64,000 nucleotides of DNA from positions 124,001-188,000 of the forward strand of contig JAANOX010000004.1 in assembly GCA_020184695.1 (NCBI GenBank). Direction: 5' to 3'. Shown here piece by piece: positions 54,088-64,000 of this stretch. The DNA comes from Histomonas meleagridis 2922-C6/04-290x (lineage: Eukaryota > Protista > Parabasalia). The position numbers and the translations under genes are program-made. The notes beneath the pieces were generated by a model. It worked only from the letters and a program-made list of their open reading frames with translations, was not told where the DNA came from and ran no database searches. Numbering within the stretch: position 1 is the first letter of the stretch; every line of letters begins with the position of its first letter.

Positions 54088-57039
54088 ATGATTTTCCTTT
54101 TCATATTATTCCAATTTTCATTTTCTCAAGTTACTGTCTACGTAAACCAAATTGGATCCACAGGCGATAATCTTCAGGTTGCAATTTCGAATTCAGGAAT
54201 CTCATCAAACGAAGTCAAAAATTTAGTGATTTCCTCTGGTTCCATAACTACTAATGACTTTATAAGCTTTACAGAAAAATATCCCAATGTTATCATTTTT
54301 GAGATTGAGGCAGATACTACAATTCCAAATATTCTTTTTCCAGAATCAGCATTTGCAAATCATCCAAGTCTTAGTGAGGTGCGTATTAAATCAAATGAAA
54401 AAGTTCAAATTTGTAATGCAGCATTTTATAATTGTTCAAATTTAACATTAATTGAAATTGATAGCCTAACAGAAATTGGAGATGAATCATTTAGCTATTG
54501 TAGCTCACTTTTGAGTGTCTCATTTCCTTATGTTACAACAATAGGAAATTCATCTTTTTTAAATTGTACAAAATTATCAAGTGCTCAATTTCCTTTATTA
54601 AAGGAAATTCCTCGGAGGTCATTTTTCAATTGTATTAGCCTTATTGAAATTAACTTTATTAATGTCGAAATTATAGGTATTGAAGCCTTAGCCAATACAA
54701 ATATTTTCAATGTTGAACTTGAAAATGTCAAACACATATCACATAATTCATTTCGCGATTGTAATAACTTAGACCGACTTGTTTTAAATTCTCTTCTTCA
54801 ACTCCCACAATCGATGATTATTCCTGATTCACTTCGTGTAGCCGAGTTTGGGGCGGCCCAAAATTTCTCAGGGCGCACTTTTTCTGATAACCGCCACGTC
54901 AAACACGTCAGTTTTTCATCGGTTACTGAAGTTGAATCATATTCGTTTTCCAATTGCATAGCTCTTCAAACTGTTTCATTACCGTCTGCTCTAGTTATAG
55001 GTAATAATGCTTTTGATACGTGTACATATTTAATCTATCTTGAACTTCCTAAAGTTGAAGTCATTAAGAGCTCTGCATTTTTTTCATGTATTTCACTTGA
55101 TTATATCTATTTAACTAGTGTTAGTATCATCGACAATTATGCATTTTGTTATTGTATTGGTATCCAGAAGCTTGATATTGTTAATGCCAAATATCTTGGC
55201 GATAATCTCTTTGAAGATTGTTACGAGTTAAAAGAAATATATTTCCGTAACTTAACCAATGTTACATCAAGTACATTTGCTCAAAGTTGTTTCAAATATA
55301 TCGAAATTTATGGCCTAAAAATACTTCCCAATAATTTATTCATGGACATATCAACGCTTAAATTCGTTAAAATCTTCGACGCGACAATGATCAGCGAAAG
55401 TTGTTTCAGTCGCTGTTATTCATTAATCGACATATCAATGCCGAATGTCGAAAAAATATCGATATTTGGATTCGATGCATGTACGTCAGTATATTTCCCG
55501 ACGCAAAGTTGGGAAAAATTAACATTTTGTGATAGCCGCGCTTTCAAAGAGTGTACAAACTTTACGAACATTAACTTCCCGAACGTCATCGAGTTGGGTG
55601 AAAGTGTTTTCGATGGGATACAAATCGAAAGTATTTATATCCCAAAACTTGAAATAGTTGGAGATAATTTTTTAACAAAGATTAATATTTCATTCGACAA
55701 AAACACATTCATTAACTTAAGACAAGTAGGAACTTCTTCTTTTTCGTTAAATTATCTCCTTGAAGAAATTAATCTTCCAAACCTTTCTATCGGTAGTTCT
55801 TCAATGTTTTATGGCTGTGTAAACCTTAAAAAAGTTTACATGCCAAAACTGACAACGATACCTTCTCGAGCTTTTTCAGGCTGCCTTTCTTTAGAATTAT
55901 TTGAATCAAAAACCGTCGAGGCTATTGAAAATTCGGCCTTTTCTGGCTGTGTTAACTTACAGAAAATTGACTGCCCTTCAGTTACGTCACTTTCATCATC
56001 GGCTTTTTCTGATTGCGGGTTGTTAAAAGAAATAAGTTCAATGCAATTGACAGCTATACCAAGTTCGGCCTTTGAAAATTGTGTGGGCTTAACAAATTTG
56101 AATTTCGGTGGATCAAAACTTGTTCAAATTGGAAGTAATGCATTCAAAAACTGCACTGGTCTTGTAAGTATATCAATCCCAAGTGTTCATGATTTATCCG
56201 AATATTGTTTCCAAGACTGCACATCTTTAGAAAGAGTTAATTTTACTAATGCCACACTTCTTGGAGTCGGAAGTTTCCAAAAATGTATCAATTTGATTAA
56301 TGTCACATTTGGCGGAACAGTTACAGAAATTCCTAACAATTGTTTTGAAGATTGTCATTTACTTTCTAGCGTTGATTTCCCATATGTTATATATATTAAT
56401 ATGCGTTCTTTTTATAATTGTTATTCCCTTAAGCACATTAACTTCCCTCAGGATGGCCACATTTATAATGAATCATTTGCATATTGTCGCTCACTTGAAG
56501 AAGTATCATTTCCAAATCTTGGAGTGATTAATGGCGAGAAAGTATTCTATGGCTGTACAAGTCTAAGGACAATCAGTTTCCCGAAACTTTTCAGTGTTAC
56601 ATTTGATTCGTTATATTTGTTTGGATCATGTCCATCACTCCAAAGGATCGATCTTAACTCCACAGAGCCGCAAGAGTTCAATAATATATTCCTCAACTCA
56701 AGTGGCGTTGGAACCATAAATGTTAATGGACAAAATGTGTTCAATGTAACACTTTGTCTTCCATACACATCCGATTATATTCGTTACGCTGGAAATGATA
56801 CAGTATGGAAGCAACTGAGCGCAACTGTGCCAAGCGATTATTGGGACGTCTGTCTAAACACGTTGGATAAGCCAGACAAGAAGAAGAAAAGCGTCGGAGA
56901 AATTGTCGGATATGTACTTGCAAGCGTGGCGGGAACTGCAATTCTGGTGATGCTGATCTTGCTGATCATTAATTACATTAAGAATAAGAAGGCACGAGAA
57001 AAGGCAATTTACTTGGCTCTGTCGGCAATCGACGAATAA
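54088..57039 (+). CDS. Intact BspA-like (TpLRR) surface protein with signal peptide and TM
   Basis: 983 aa; MIFLFILFQFSFS signal; many IxxxAFxxCxxL repeats; TM IVGYVLASVAGTAILVMLILLII. Confidence 0.92.
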   Translation: MIFLFILFQFSFSQVTVYVNQIGSTGDNLQVAISNSGISSNEVKNLVISSGSITTNDFISFTEKYPNVIIFEIEADTTIPNILFPESAFANHPSLSEVRIKSNEKVQICNAAFYNCSNLTLIEIDSLTEIGDESFSYCSSLLSVSFPYVTTIGNSSFLNCTKLSSAQFPLLKEIPRRSFFNCISLIEINFINVEIIGIEALANTNIFNVELENVKHISHNSFRDCNNLDRLVLNSLLQLPQSMIIPDSLRVAEFGAAQNFSGRTFSDNRHVKHVSFSSVTEVESYSFSNCIALQTVSLPSALVIGNNAFDTCTYLIYLELPKVEVIKSSAFFSCISLDYIYLTSVSIIDNYAFCYCIGIQKLDIVNAKYLGDNLFEDCYELKEIYFRNLTNVTSSTFAQSCFKYIEIYGLKILPNNLFMDISTLKFVKIFDATMISESCFSRCYSLIDISMPNVEKISIFGFDACTSVYFPTQSWEKLTFCDSRAFKECTNFTNINFPNVIELGESVFDGIQIESIYIPKLEIVGDNFLTKINISFDKNTFINLRQVGTSSFSLNYLLEEINLPNLSIGSSSMFYGCVNLKKVYMPKLTTIPSRAFSGCLSLELFESKTVEAIENSAFSGCVNLQKIDCPSVTSLSSSAFSDCGLLKEISSMQLTAIPSSAFENCVGLTNLNFGGSKLVQIGSNAFKNCTGLVSISIPSVHDLSEYCFQDCTSLERVNFTNATLLGVGSFQKCINLINVTFGGTVTEIPNNCFEDCHLLSSVDFPYVIYINMRSFYNCYSLKHINFPQDGHIYNESFAYCRSLEEVSFPNLGVINGEKVFYGCTSLRTISFPKLFSVTFDSLYLFGSCPSLQRIDLNSTEPQEFNNIFLNSSGVGTINVNGQNVFNVTLCLPYTSDYIRYAGNDTVWKQLSATVPSDYWDVCLNTLDKPDKKKKSVGEIVGYVLASVAGTAILVMLILLIINYIKNKKAREKAIYLALSAIDE

Positions 57040-57689
57040 TTTCATGGAAATTAATTTTATGAGTAAAATATTGTATAATGGAAAAGACTTCGCTATGTGA
57101 AAAAAATTGGAAATTGTGCTTTAAGCTGAAATGTTTGGTGTTGATGTTGCTGATTTGGAATGTTTTTATGTTCATGGGAAATTGAAACATATCAGAATCA
57201 CTTAATATTACTGGAAACAAAATATTTCATTGTGTGATCATAAGGAATGTTCATGCTTGATTATATTTCCTTGGTATAATTTTTCATTTTGAGCAGGTAT
57301 TTATCAGGAAGTTAAGTTTCAAAATGATAAGATTTTTGCGAGGGCCGAAGGCACGAACAATTTTGATCGTCATACATTGAAAAAGTGAAGCTTTACTCGA
57401 GCACGTGCTCATTGAGGTTCAATAATACCTTCTTAAAAAAGATTCAATACTTTATACCGAAATTGAATAATTTCTAATGTTTTCTGTCCATAACAGACTG
57501 AAAATAATAAGGTGTACTCAATAGATTTCCATTAGACTTTAAGAGTAAATAATACTATGAATAGTAAAGAATTTTTTGTTGTTATGAATTTTTCATCATT
57601 TTTTTCACAAAAATTATCATCAAATTATATGAAAATCAGACAATGAAATATAAAATTATTAAAATAAATATTAAATAAAACAAATAAAT

Positions 57690-57949
57690 ATCTTTAGCAT
57701 TAATATCAATTCCTTCTTGTTTAAGAAGTAATTTAACTATTTCTGTACGACCATTTTCAGATGCTTTCATAAGTGATGTTTCAAATATTTTAAATAATTT
57801 CCAAATATTATTTTGAAATATAAAATTATTAAAATAAATTTTAAATAAAGCAAATAAAAATTTTTAGTATTAATATCAATTCCTTTTTGTTCAAGAAGTA
57901 ATTTAACTATTTCTGTATAACCATTTTTTGAAGCATTTGTTAGTGCTAA
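57690..57949 (-). repeat. Two further 90-nt ankyrin modules separated by the same 80-nt spacer
   Basis: Modules 57949-57860 (LALTNASKNGYTEIVKLLLEQKGIDINTKN) and 57779-57690 (TSLMKASENGRTEIVKLLLKQEGIDINAKD); spacer 57859-57780. Confidence 0.92.
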
Positions 57950-59172
57950 AAATATTTAAAAAAAAATTTAAAATTTTTTATGAAACAATAAAATATTTTA
58001 ATAAAAATCAAATGAAATAAGCAAACAATCTTGCTAAAATCAATGTATCTATTGTTAATTAAATAGTTATAAAGTTCCACATTTCCAGAAAAACAAAAAA
58101 AAAAAAAAAAATCAATAGGAATATGATTATTTTCGAGAAAATATTGAGTAATATATAAATTCCCTGTTATGATTGAAGCAATGAGAATATTTTCATTTAT
58201 TTTCATTCCTTCTTTAAGTAAAAATGATAAAAGTTCATAATTATCATGTACAACACATTTTGCTCCTAATTCTTCTAAATTCTTAATTTCTTTTAACTTG
58301 TTATCATAAAAATATTTAAAGATATCATTTCGATGAAATTCTATTGCTGCTTCATATGCACCTTCAAATGTTGAATGATTTTGTTCACATAAATGAATTA
58401 TTTCTTCATTTCCACCTGCAACTGCATATTTACCTGTGTTTTCTACATTTGCTCCATTCATAAGTAAATATTTAAAACATTTAATTGAAGAAAAAAATGC
58501 TGCATAATCAATTAATGTAACATTTTTATGATTAATAAATGAATATCTTTCATAAAGTGATTTTGGAATTGTTTGATTAAAATCGAAGTTTGTTTCTGAT
58601 GATATTTCTTGAAATTTTTCTATTTCATCATTCCGAATTATTTTCGCAATTTCATTCTGATTTATTCCTTCTTTAACATATTTCTGATGAAGTTCCCAAT
58701 TATTCGCTTTAAGTTTTTCAAGGTTTTTGGAGAAATATTCAGAAAATTGATAACGATAGTTTAAAACGAAATGTGCTTTAAAATGTGAAAAATATAAATT
58801 TTTCATATTTATAGTAATCGATGAGTTAATTAAACCTTTTTCTATCAACTTTCCGATAAGATAATTAGATTCTTGTGAGTTATTTTTCAGAAGTAATTGA
58901 GAAAAGACGTCAATTATTTTAACTTGATTTTTATTTTCATCTCGTTCAATTAAATTCAAAAACTCAATAATTATATCTAAATTTTTCAGTCTTGTTACAA
59001 ACAAAGTGTAAATGAAACGGCAGATGATCAAGTTGAATGAATACGTTCGTGAATTATCATAAAATTCTCGTAATGAAGAAACAGATGTATCAAGTTTGTT
59101 TGTATTTATGTTATAAATTATTTCTGTAAGTGCAATTAAGTCTGGAAAGGAATTTATCTTTGATGTGCTCAT
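57946..59172 (-). CDS. DUF3447/ankyrin-repeat protein; ORF ends inside the first spacer
   Basis: Probable ATG 59172; LIDYAAFFSSIKCFKYLLMNG, YAVAGGNEEIIHLCEQ; paralog of 5820..9304. Confidence 0.85.
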   Translation of the reverse strand: MSTSKINSFPDLIALTEIIYNINTNKLDTSVSSLREFYDNSRTYSFNLIICRFIYTLFVTRLKNLDIIIEFLNLIERDENKNQVKIIDVFSQLLLKNNSQESNYLIGKLIEKGLINSSITINMKNLYFSHFKAHFVLNYRYQFSEYFSKNLEKLKANNWELHQKYVKEGINQNEIAKIIRNDEIEKFQEISSETNFDFNQTIPKSLYERYSFINHKNVTLIDYAAFFSSIKCFKYLLMNGANVENTGKYAVAGGNEEIIHLCEQNHSTFEGAYEAAIEFHRNDIFKYFYDNKLKEIKNLEELGAKCVVHDNYELLSFLLKEGMKINENILIASIITGNLYITQYFLENNHIPIDFFFFFCFSGNVELYNYLINNRYIDFSKIVCLFHLIFIKIFYCFIKNFKFFFKYF

Positions 59173-59789
59173 TCCAATGCAATTAATAACACTGGAAAAA
59201 ATTTTAATGGACATGTGACATGAATTTTTATATAAAATTATAATAAATAAAAACATAGAATGAACTTCATGATGAAATCCATTCACATCTTGAATTTTAT
59301 TTGGAATACTTAAATTTGAATTAGGTTAATAGGTAATATATGCCCCAATGTGCATTCACATATCGAAAATAACTTATATACGACAATTACATGAATATGC
59401 CATCAGTATGTTTGAATTTTTTTGAGTTTATTAATATTTTCGATAGGTTTGAAAAGAATTTAATATCAAGATTTTATATAATTAAATAAAATATATGATA
59501 TTTCATCATTGCCCAAATAATTTCTGAATTTTTAATTTCTTAATAGATTAAGATATTATTCTTAGTTTTTTATTAATCAAAGATGCAACTATGTATTTAT
59601 ATATTATATATCCATAATATCAAGATCGTAGGATGATCGCTATATACGATGGGTGGAAATCGCAAGTCGAGTTTAATACTATAGTATTAATAATGTCACT
59701 TTTCACTTTTTAACTTTTATATATTATGATTACACAGTTATTATTTATTTACATTTATATATAGTAATGAATTTCAAACAAATGATAAC

Positions 59790-60044
59790 AAAACAACAAT
59801 TATCATCATATCGTATGTGTTATCGTTGTTGTTATTATTATAATTTCATTACTAATTATATATAATATTGATTCGAATTAAAAATAAAAAAGAAGATGAA
59901 ATTGGTGAAAATGAAATTTCAAAGCAACAAATTGATGATATCCAAACTCCAAACACATTCACAACAGGAATATCTATATCAAACATTGAAGAAGATCCTT
60001 TTGCAGATGACTTCAAAGAAGATAAATTCATTGAGCAAATGTAA
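59790..60044 (+). pseudogene. Orphan TM + cytosolic tail relic of a surface protein
   Basis: IIISIVCVIVVVIIIISLLIIY then frameshift to KEDEIGENE...EEDPFADDFKEDKFIEQM-stop; DPFxxDF acidic tail resembles parabasalid surface-protein tails. Confidence 0.6.
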
Positions 60045-60707
60045 TTAAGATAAATATATAATAAAATATAGTATATTCTATTATTAGTGATTACTTGTAA
60101 GAAAGAATTTGAAATTAATTTTCTTTTATTTTTTAATAATATTTTTAGTTACTATCAATTAAAAACAATCAGGTTCAAATGCCTTCTAAAATTTGTTTCA
60201 AATTTTTTAATATCAACTAATTTTTTTAAACAGCTATTACTACGGACACTCCAGTTCCCTTGGTTCCAGACTTCATTCTATTCATGCCTGTCGAAATTTT
60301 TTTGAAAAATTCTATATTTATTTTTCGATTACCCCAGTATCATCATGCATTATTGTATTTGTACTATAGATAAATCTATGTTAAAGAAATATGAAATTTT
60401 TACATATGTTGAATAATTTTTACATAGAACGATTAAATTATATCTACATGGTGTTATTTTTTGAGTTGACTTTTTGTGTACAATAATAACTTTTTGTAAG
60501 TAATTCAAATACTTGAAATCAAAAAATAAAAATATCTCGAAAATAAACAAATGAATTCAAATAAAGACATGTGATTTTGTGTTTACTCTCTATGTTTATT
60601 AATATTTTCGATTTATATAAAAATCCCATTGTGGAATAAATTAAAAATTCTCACAAAAAGTGACACGATTGTGGATATTGCCGATCAAACCTCCAGCCAA
60701 CTATCTT

Positions 60708-62684
60708 ATGGCTGATGATCCACTTGATAGTTTCTTCGAAGAAGCATTAAAGGAAGAACAAAAATCATCAATTACTTCAATACCGAAAAGTAGTAGTGAT
60801 GAAGAACTCAAAATAGAAGATGATCCAGTTGCCGCACTTTTTAATCCCCAACCACAAATTGATGAAAAAAAACCTGTTATTACACCACATCTTGAAGAAC
60901 AACTTATACCACTTCATAAAAACATTTATATTCCATCCAAAGAAATTGAATCACTTACACCTGATGAAGTTGATGATCTTCGACTTAAAATCGGTAACGT
61001 TACAGTTCATGGTCTAAACGTACCAGCCCCCATAGAGAAATGGACTCAATGTGGATTACCTTCCAACATTATGACACTTTTACACAATAATCAATTTCGT
61101 TGTCCTACAGCAATTCAATGTCAAGCAATTCCATGTATTCTATCAGGTCGTGATGTCATTGGTTGTGCAGTTACAGGTAGTGGGAAAACATTAGCATTTG
61201 TTCTTCCATGTGTTCAACATATTCTTGCACAAGAACCTTTACGACCGAACGAAGCTATTGCAGTGTTTTTATCGCCAACACGTGAGCTAGCGATTCAAAC
61301 ACATCTTGAAGCTTCACGGTATCTCAAGCTTTTAGGCTTGTGTTCAGTCTGCCTTGTTGGCGGCAATGACGTTGAACATCAAATTAAATCATTGAAAAAC
61401 GGGGCACACCTTATTGTGGGCACCCCCGGGCGGTTTATTGATTTGATGTCAAGTAATAAGACGTTTAATTTAAGTCGAGTTGGATATTTTGTAATTGATG
61501 AAGCAGATCGAATGTTTGACTTAGGTTTTGAGCCACAAGTCTTACGTATAGCATCACAATTACGTACTGATAGACAGTCGTTAATGTTTTCTGCAACATT
61601 TCCACATGTAGTTGAAAGATGTGCACGAAAATTATTAACAAATCCAATCGAAATTGTGGTTGGTATACGTAATACAGTTTCCAAAGATGTTGAGCAAAAC
61701 ATAGAAATAATTACAAATCCTGAAACTAAGTTTACTCGATTATTAAAACTTTTAGGGGAATATGAAGATAAAGGACAAGCATTAATCTTTACGAACACGC
61801 AAGAAAAAGCAGAAGAAGTCTTTGGGAAGTTAATTCAACGAGGTTATAAGGCATGTTTATTACATGCAGGAATGGATCAAACAGATCGTGCAAGTATCAT
61901 ACATGACTTTAGGCAACAAAGGTTTAATATTATGGTACTTACGAGTGTAGGAAGTCGAGGATTAGATATCATGTCGATAGTTTTAGTGATAAATTATGAT
62001 GCGCCTAATCACGAAGCTGATTATGTACATCGGTTAGGCAGAACTGGTAGAGCTGGTAACAAAGGATATGCGTATACATTTATTGAGAAATCTGAGAAAT
62101 TAAATGCAATTGAAATTGCATCAGCTATGAAAAGAAGTAAAGCTGAAATACCTAAAGAATTAGAAGCGCTGATTAAGTCATCGCAAAATGGTAATAACTC
62201 GATAAGTGGCGCACCTAAAAGAAAACTTGGATTCGGTGGCCACGGATTCAGATTTGACAAAAACGAAACTATGACATTCAAAGAGCAGAGGAAGCAGCAA
62301 ATTGACAACGATGACGAAATTGACGATGACGACGATGAAGGTGGTGATGACTTTGATGAGATGGAAGAAAACATCTTAAAGAAGAAAGACGGGAAATTCG
62401 TTGCTGAGTTTTGTATTAATGACTTCTCAGTGTCGATTCGACAAGCATTGACCAAAAAAGAAACAATTGAAAATGTAATGGACGAAACAGGAACAACTAT
62501 AATACAAAGAGGAATGTTTTGTCAGCCTGGCTCGAAGCCACCAACGGGTGAAAGAAAATTATATTTGTTGATTGAGGGTATGACACAATTTGCAGTCCAA
62601 GCTGCTCTACAACAGTTGAAAGATGTCGCTGAAGGAACAGACGCATCACGAAAAGCTCCTAATATGAAATATAAAATAAATTGA
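60708..62684 (+). CDS. DDX46: DEAD-box RNA helicase Prp5/DDX46
   Basis: PTAIQCQAIPCILSGRD, TGSGKT, SPTRELA, DEADRMFDLGFEPQV, SAT, HRLGRTGRAG; C-terminal EFCINDF..R..LT and GERKLYLLIEG domain. Confidence 0.88.
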   Translation: MADDPLDSFFEEALKEEQKSSITSIPKSSSDEELKIEDDPVAALFNPQPQIDEKKPVITPHLEEQLIPLHKNIYIPSKEIESLTPDEVDDLRLKIGNVTVHGLNVPAPIEKWTQCGLPSNIMTLLHNNQFRCPTAIQCQAIPCILSGRDVIGCAVTGSGKTLAFVLPCVQHILAQEPLRPNEAIAVFLSPTRELAIQTHLEASRYLKLLGLCSVCLVGGNDVEHQIKSLKNGAHLIVGTPGRFIDLMSSNKTFNLSRVGYFVIDEADRMFDLGFEPQVLRIASQLRTDRQSLMFSATFPHVVERCARKLLTNPIEIVVGIRNTVSKDVEQNIEIITNPETKFTRLLKLLGEYEDKGQALIFTNTQEKAEEVFGKLIQRGYKACLLHAGMDQTDRASIIHDFRQQRFNIMVLTSVGSRGLDIMSIVLVINYDAPNHEADYVHRLGRTGRAGNKGYAYTFIEKSEKLNAIEIASAMKRSKAEIPKELEALIKSSQNGNNSISGAPKRKLGFGGHGFRFDKNETMTFKEQRKQQIDNDDEIDDDDDEGGDDFDEMEENILKKKDGKFVAEFCINDFSVSIRQALTKKETIENVMDETGTTIIQRGMFCQPGSKPPTGERKLYLLIEGMTQFAVQAALQQLKDVAEGTDASRKAPNMKYKIN

Positions 62685-62839
62685 TTTGAATAAAATGTAC
62701 GGATTTATAAACCTTTTTGCAAAATTAAAATAAGTGAAACAGTGAGAAACAGTTTGGCCCTCCAAAAATTTGTGCTTAAGAACATTTTTACAAGGAAAAT
62801 TCTTGTTTCTTCTTTATAAAGAATTGTTTTTCATATCAC

Positions 62840-63388
62840 ATGTCGTCCGCAATGAGTTTGTTTCTTAGGTTTTTAGGCTTGAAGCACAATCCATCAAAGA
62901 ATTATCCTGTGCCATTCATAACCACTATGATAGGAATGTCTGATGGAAGCTATGCAGGGGAAACCTTTGAAACAAATTCAATTCCACCTATTTGGAAAGA
63001 TCAAGTATTCTCGATCCAAAAACCCGACCCTACAGCTTCTCTTCAAATTTTAATAAAAAGCTCAAGCATACTTATGTCGAAGGAAATTATTGGAAGATGT
63101 GAAATCAGAATAGAATCATTTCCTGTAGACCAACTTGTGCTGGAATGGGTTCCAATTATTCCAGTCCGTGAAGGAATACCAAAAATGTTTATTTTATTGA
63201 TGGCACATTTCGTAAATGAAATTCCTCCATTCAAAGCACAACCTGGCGCCCTTTGTACACAAACAGAAACAATACCATTTGATCCAAAGGACAATTTTTA
63301 TTTGCCTGATGAAATGGTCCCAAAAGATCTAAATTCAGAACAACAAAATGGGAGTGTTTTGAGCGAAATTCTCGAAAAACTTTCATGA
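62840..63388 (+). CDS. C2 domain-containing protein
   Basis: TNSIPPIWKDQVFSI...LQILIKSS...EIIGRCEIRI...EWVPI follows C2 beta-strand pattern. Confidence 0.7.
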   Translation: MSSAMSLFLRFLGLKHNPSKNYPVPFITTMIGMSDGSYAGETFETNSIPPIWKDQVFSIQKPDPTASLQILIKSSSILMSKEIIGRCEIRIESFPVDQLVLEWVPIIPVREGIPKMFILLMAHFVNEIPPFKAQPGALCTQTETIPFDPKDNFYLPDEMVPKDLNSEQQNGSVLSEILEKLS

Positions 63389-63755
63389 GAGTTTTGAGTA
63401 TTTACATTTTACATTTTTTAGATTATAATGTACTAAATATTTATAAAATTCGTTAATAAAATTATTAATAGACTTTTCATATTTCAATTTTTTCGTTGTC
63501 TTTATGTGTTAAGCAATAGCACTCTGATTTAGCTATGATCTGTAAATATTCTAGCTGATTTTCATTTTTCTGAAAATTCTGGTCATATATGATTACTCTA
63601 AGATATCTTAAATGGAAACCATAAACCCAATTTATTATATCCTAAAATCTCGCCAAAAACAGAGAGTGAACGTTTGTTTCGCTGATTGTTTTAGTTTCGC
63701 TTTGATAAAAAAAAGCGTTTAAATTAACGTGCTTCTATAAACGTTTTCCAGTTGA

Positions 63756-64000
63756 ATGAGTAAAGAAGCATCTCATTCATTTGATGATAATTCATATGAA
63801 GAAAAAGATACAGATAGCGAAACACAAAAACAAGAAACAGGATTTATATCAAAAAGATCAAGGCAAAAAGAAAATTCTCAAGAAAAACCATATTTTCCAA
63901 ATTCAGAAAGTCTTGAGCAAATAGATGGAAGAAAAAATAAAAATAGGCCAATTATGAAAATTCATGGAGTAAGTTATGATGCTAATGGGAATTTATTATT
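63756..64000 (+). CDS. Hypothetical protein, 3' partial
   Basis: ATG at 63756 opens a stop-free frame (MSKEASHSFDDNSYEEKD...) to the window end. Confidence 0.5.
   Translation, partial: MSKEASHSFDDNSYEEKDTDSETQKQETGFISKRSRQKENSQEKPYFPNSESLEQIDGRKNKNRPIMKIHGVSYDANGNLL

Overview
AT-rich, gene-dense eukaryotic DNA with essentially intronless ORFs. The gene content points to a parabasalid protist (Tritrichomonas/Trichomonas/Histomonas-like; inferred, not searched): BspA LRR surface proteins, DUF3447-ankyrin genes, BTB-discoidin, many Rabs and Inr-like TCA motifs just before ATGs. Housekeeping genes: Tubby-like, Raptor-like, STE20 kinase, Vps33/Sec1, ASCC3-like helicase, two TAF5-like, TAF4-like, DDX46/Prp5, a C2 protein, tRNA-Glu(TTC) and tRNA-Arg(CCT). 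Mobile elements: a mariner (6108-7400) that splits an ankyrin gene, and a Tc1-like element (40164-41699) whose transposase appears to carry a C-terminal Myb-like domain. The Tc1 sits in the spacer of an ~18.7 kb inverted duplication (helicase + CAP surface gene) whose arms are near-identical except for a variable CAP patch and the stalk/TM region. The most striking signal is in the ankyrin genes: stop-free 90-nt ankyrin modules alternate with a conserved 80-nt AT-rich spacer that breaks the frame at each junction. The spacer has no conserved GT-AG ends, yet in the well-conserved copies it holds the missing I-F-G-N hairpin codons in an invariant core. Near-identical modules recur 50 kb away, and one orphan module sits inside a BspA pseudogene. 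This suggests an unrecognised non-canonical splicing/recoding or cassette-shuffling system. Many frameshifts in the duplicated region fall in homopolymers and are probably consensus errors.
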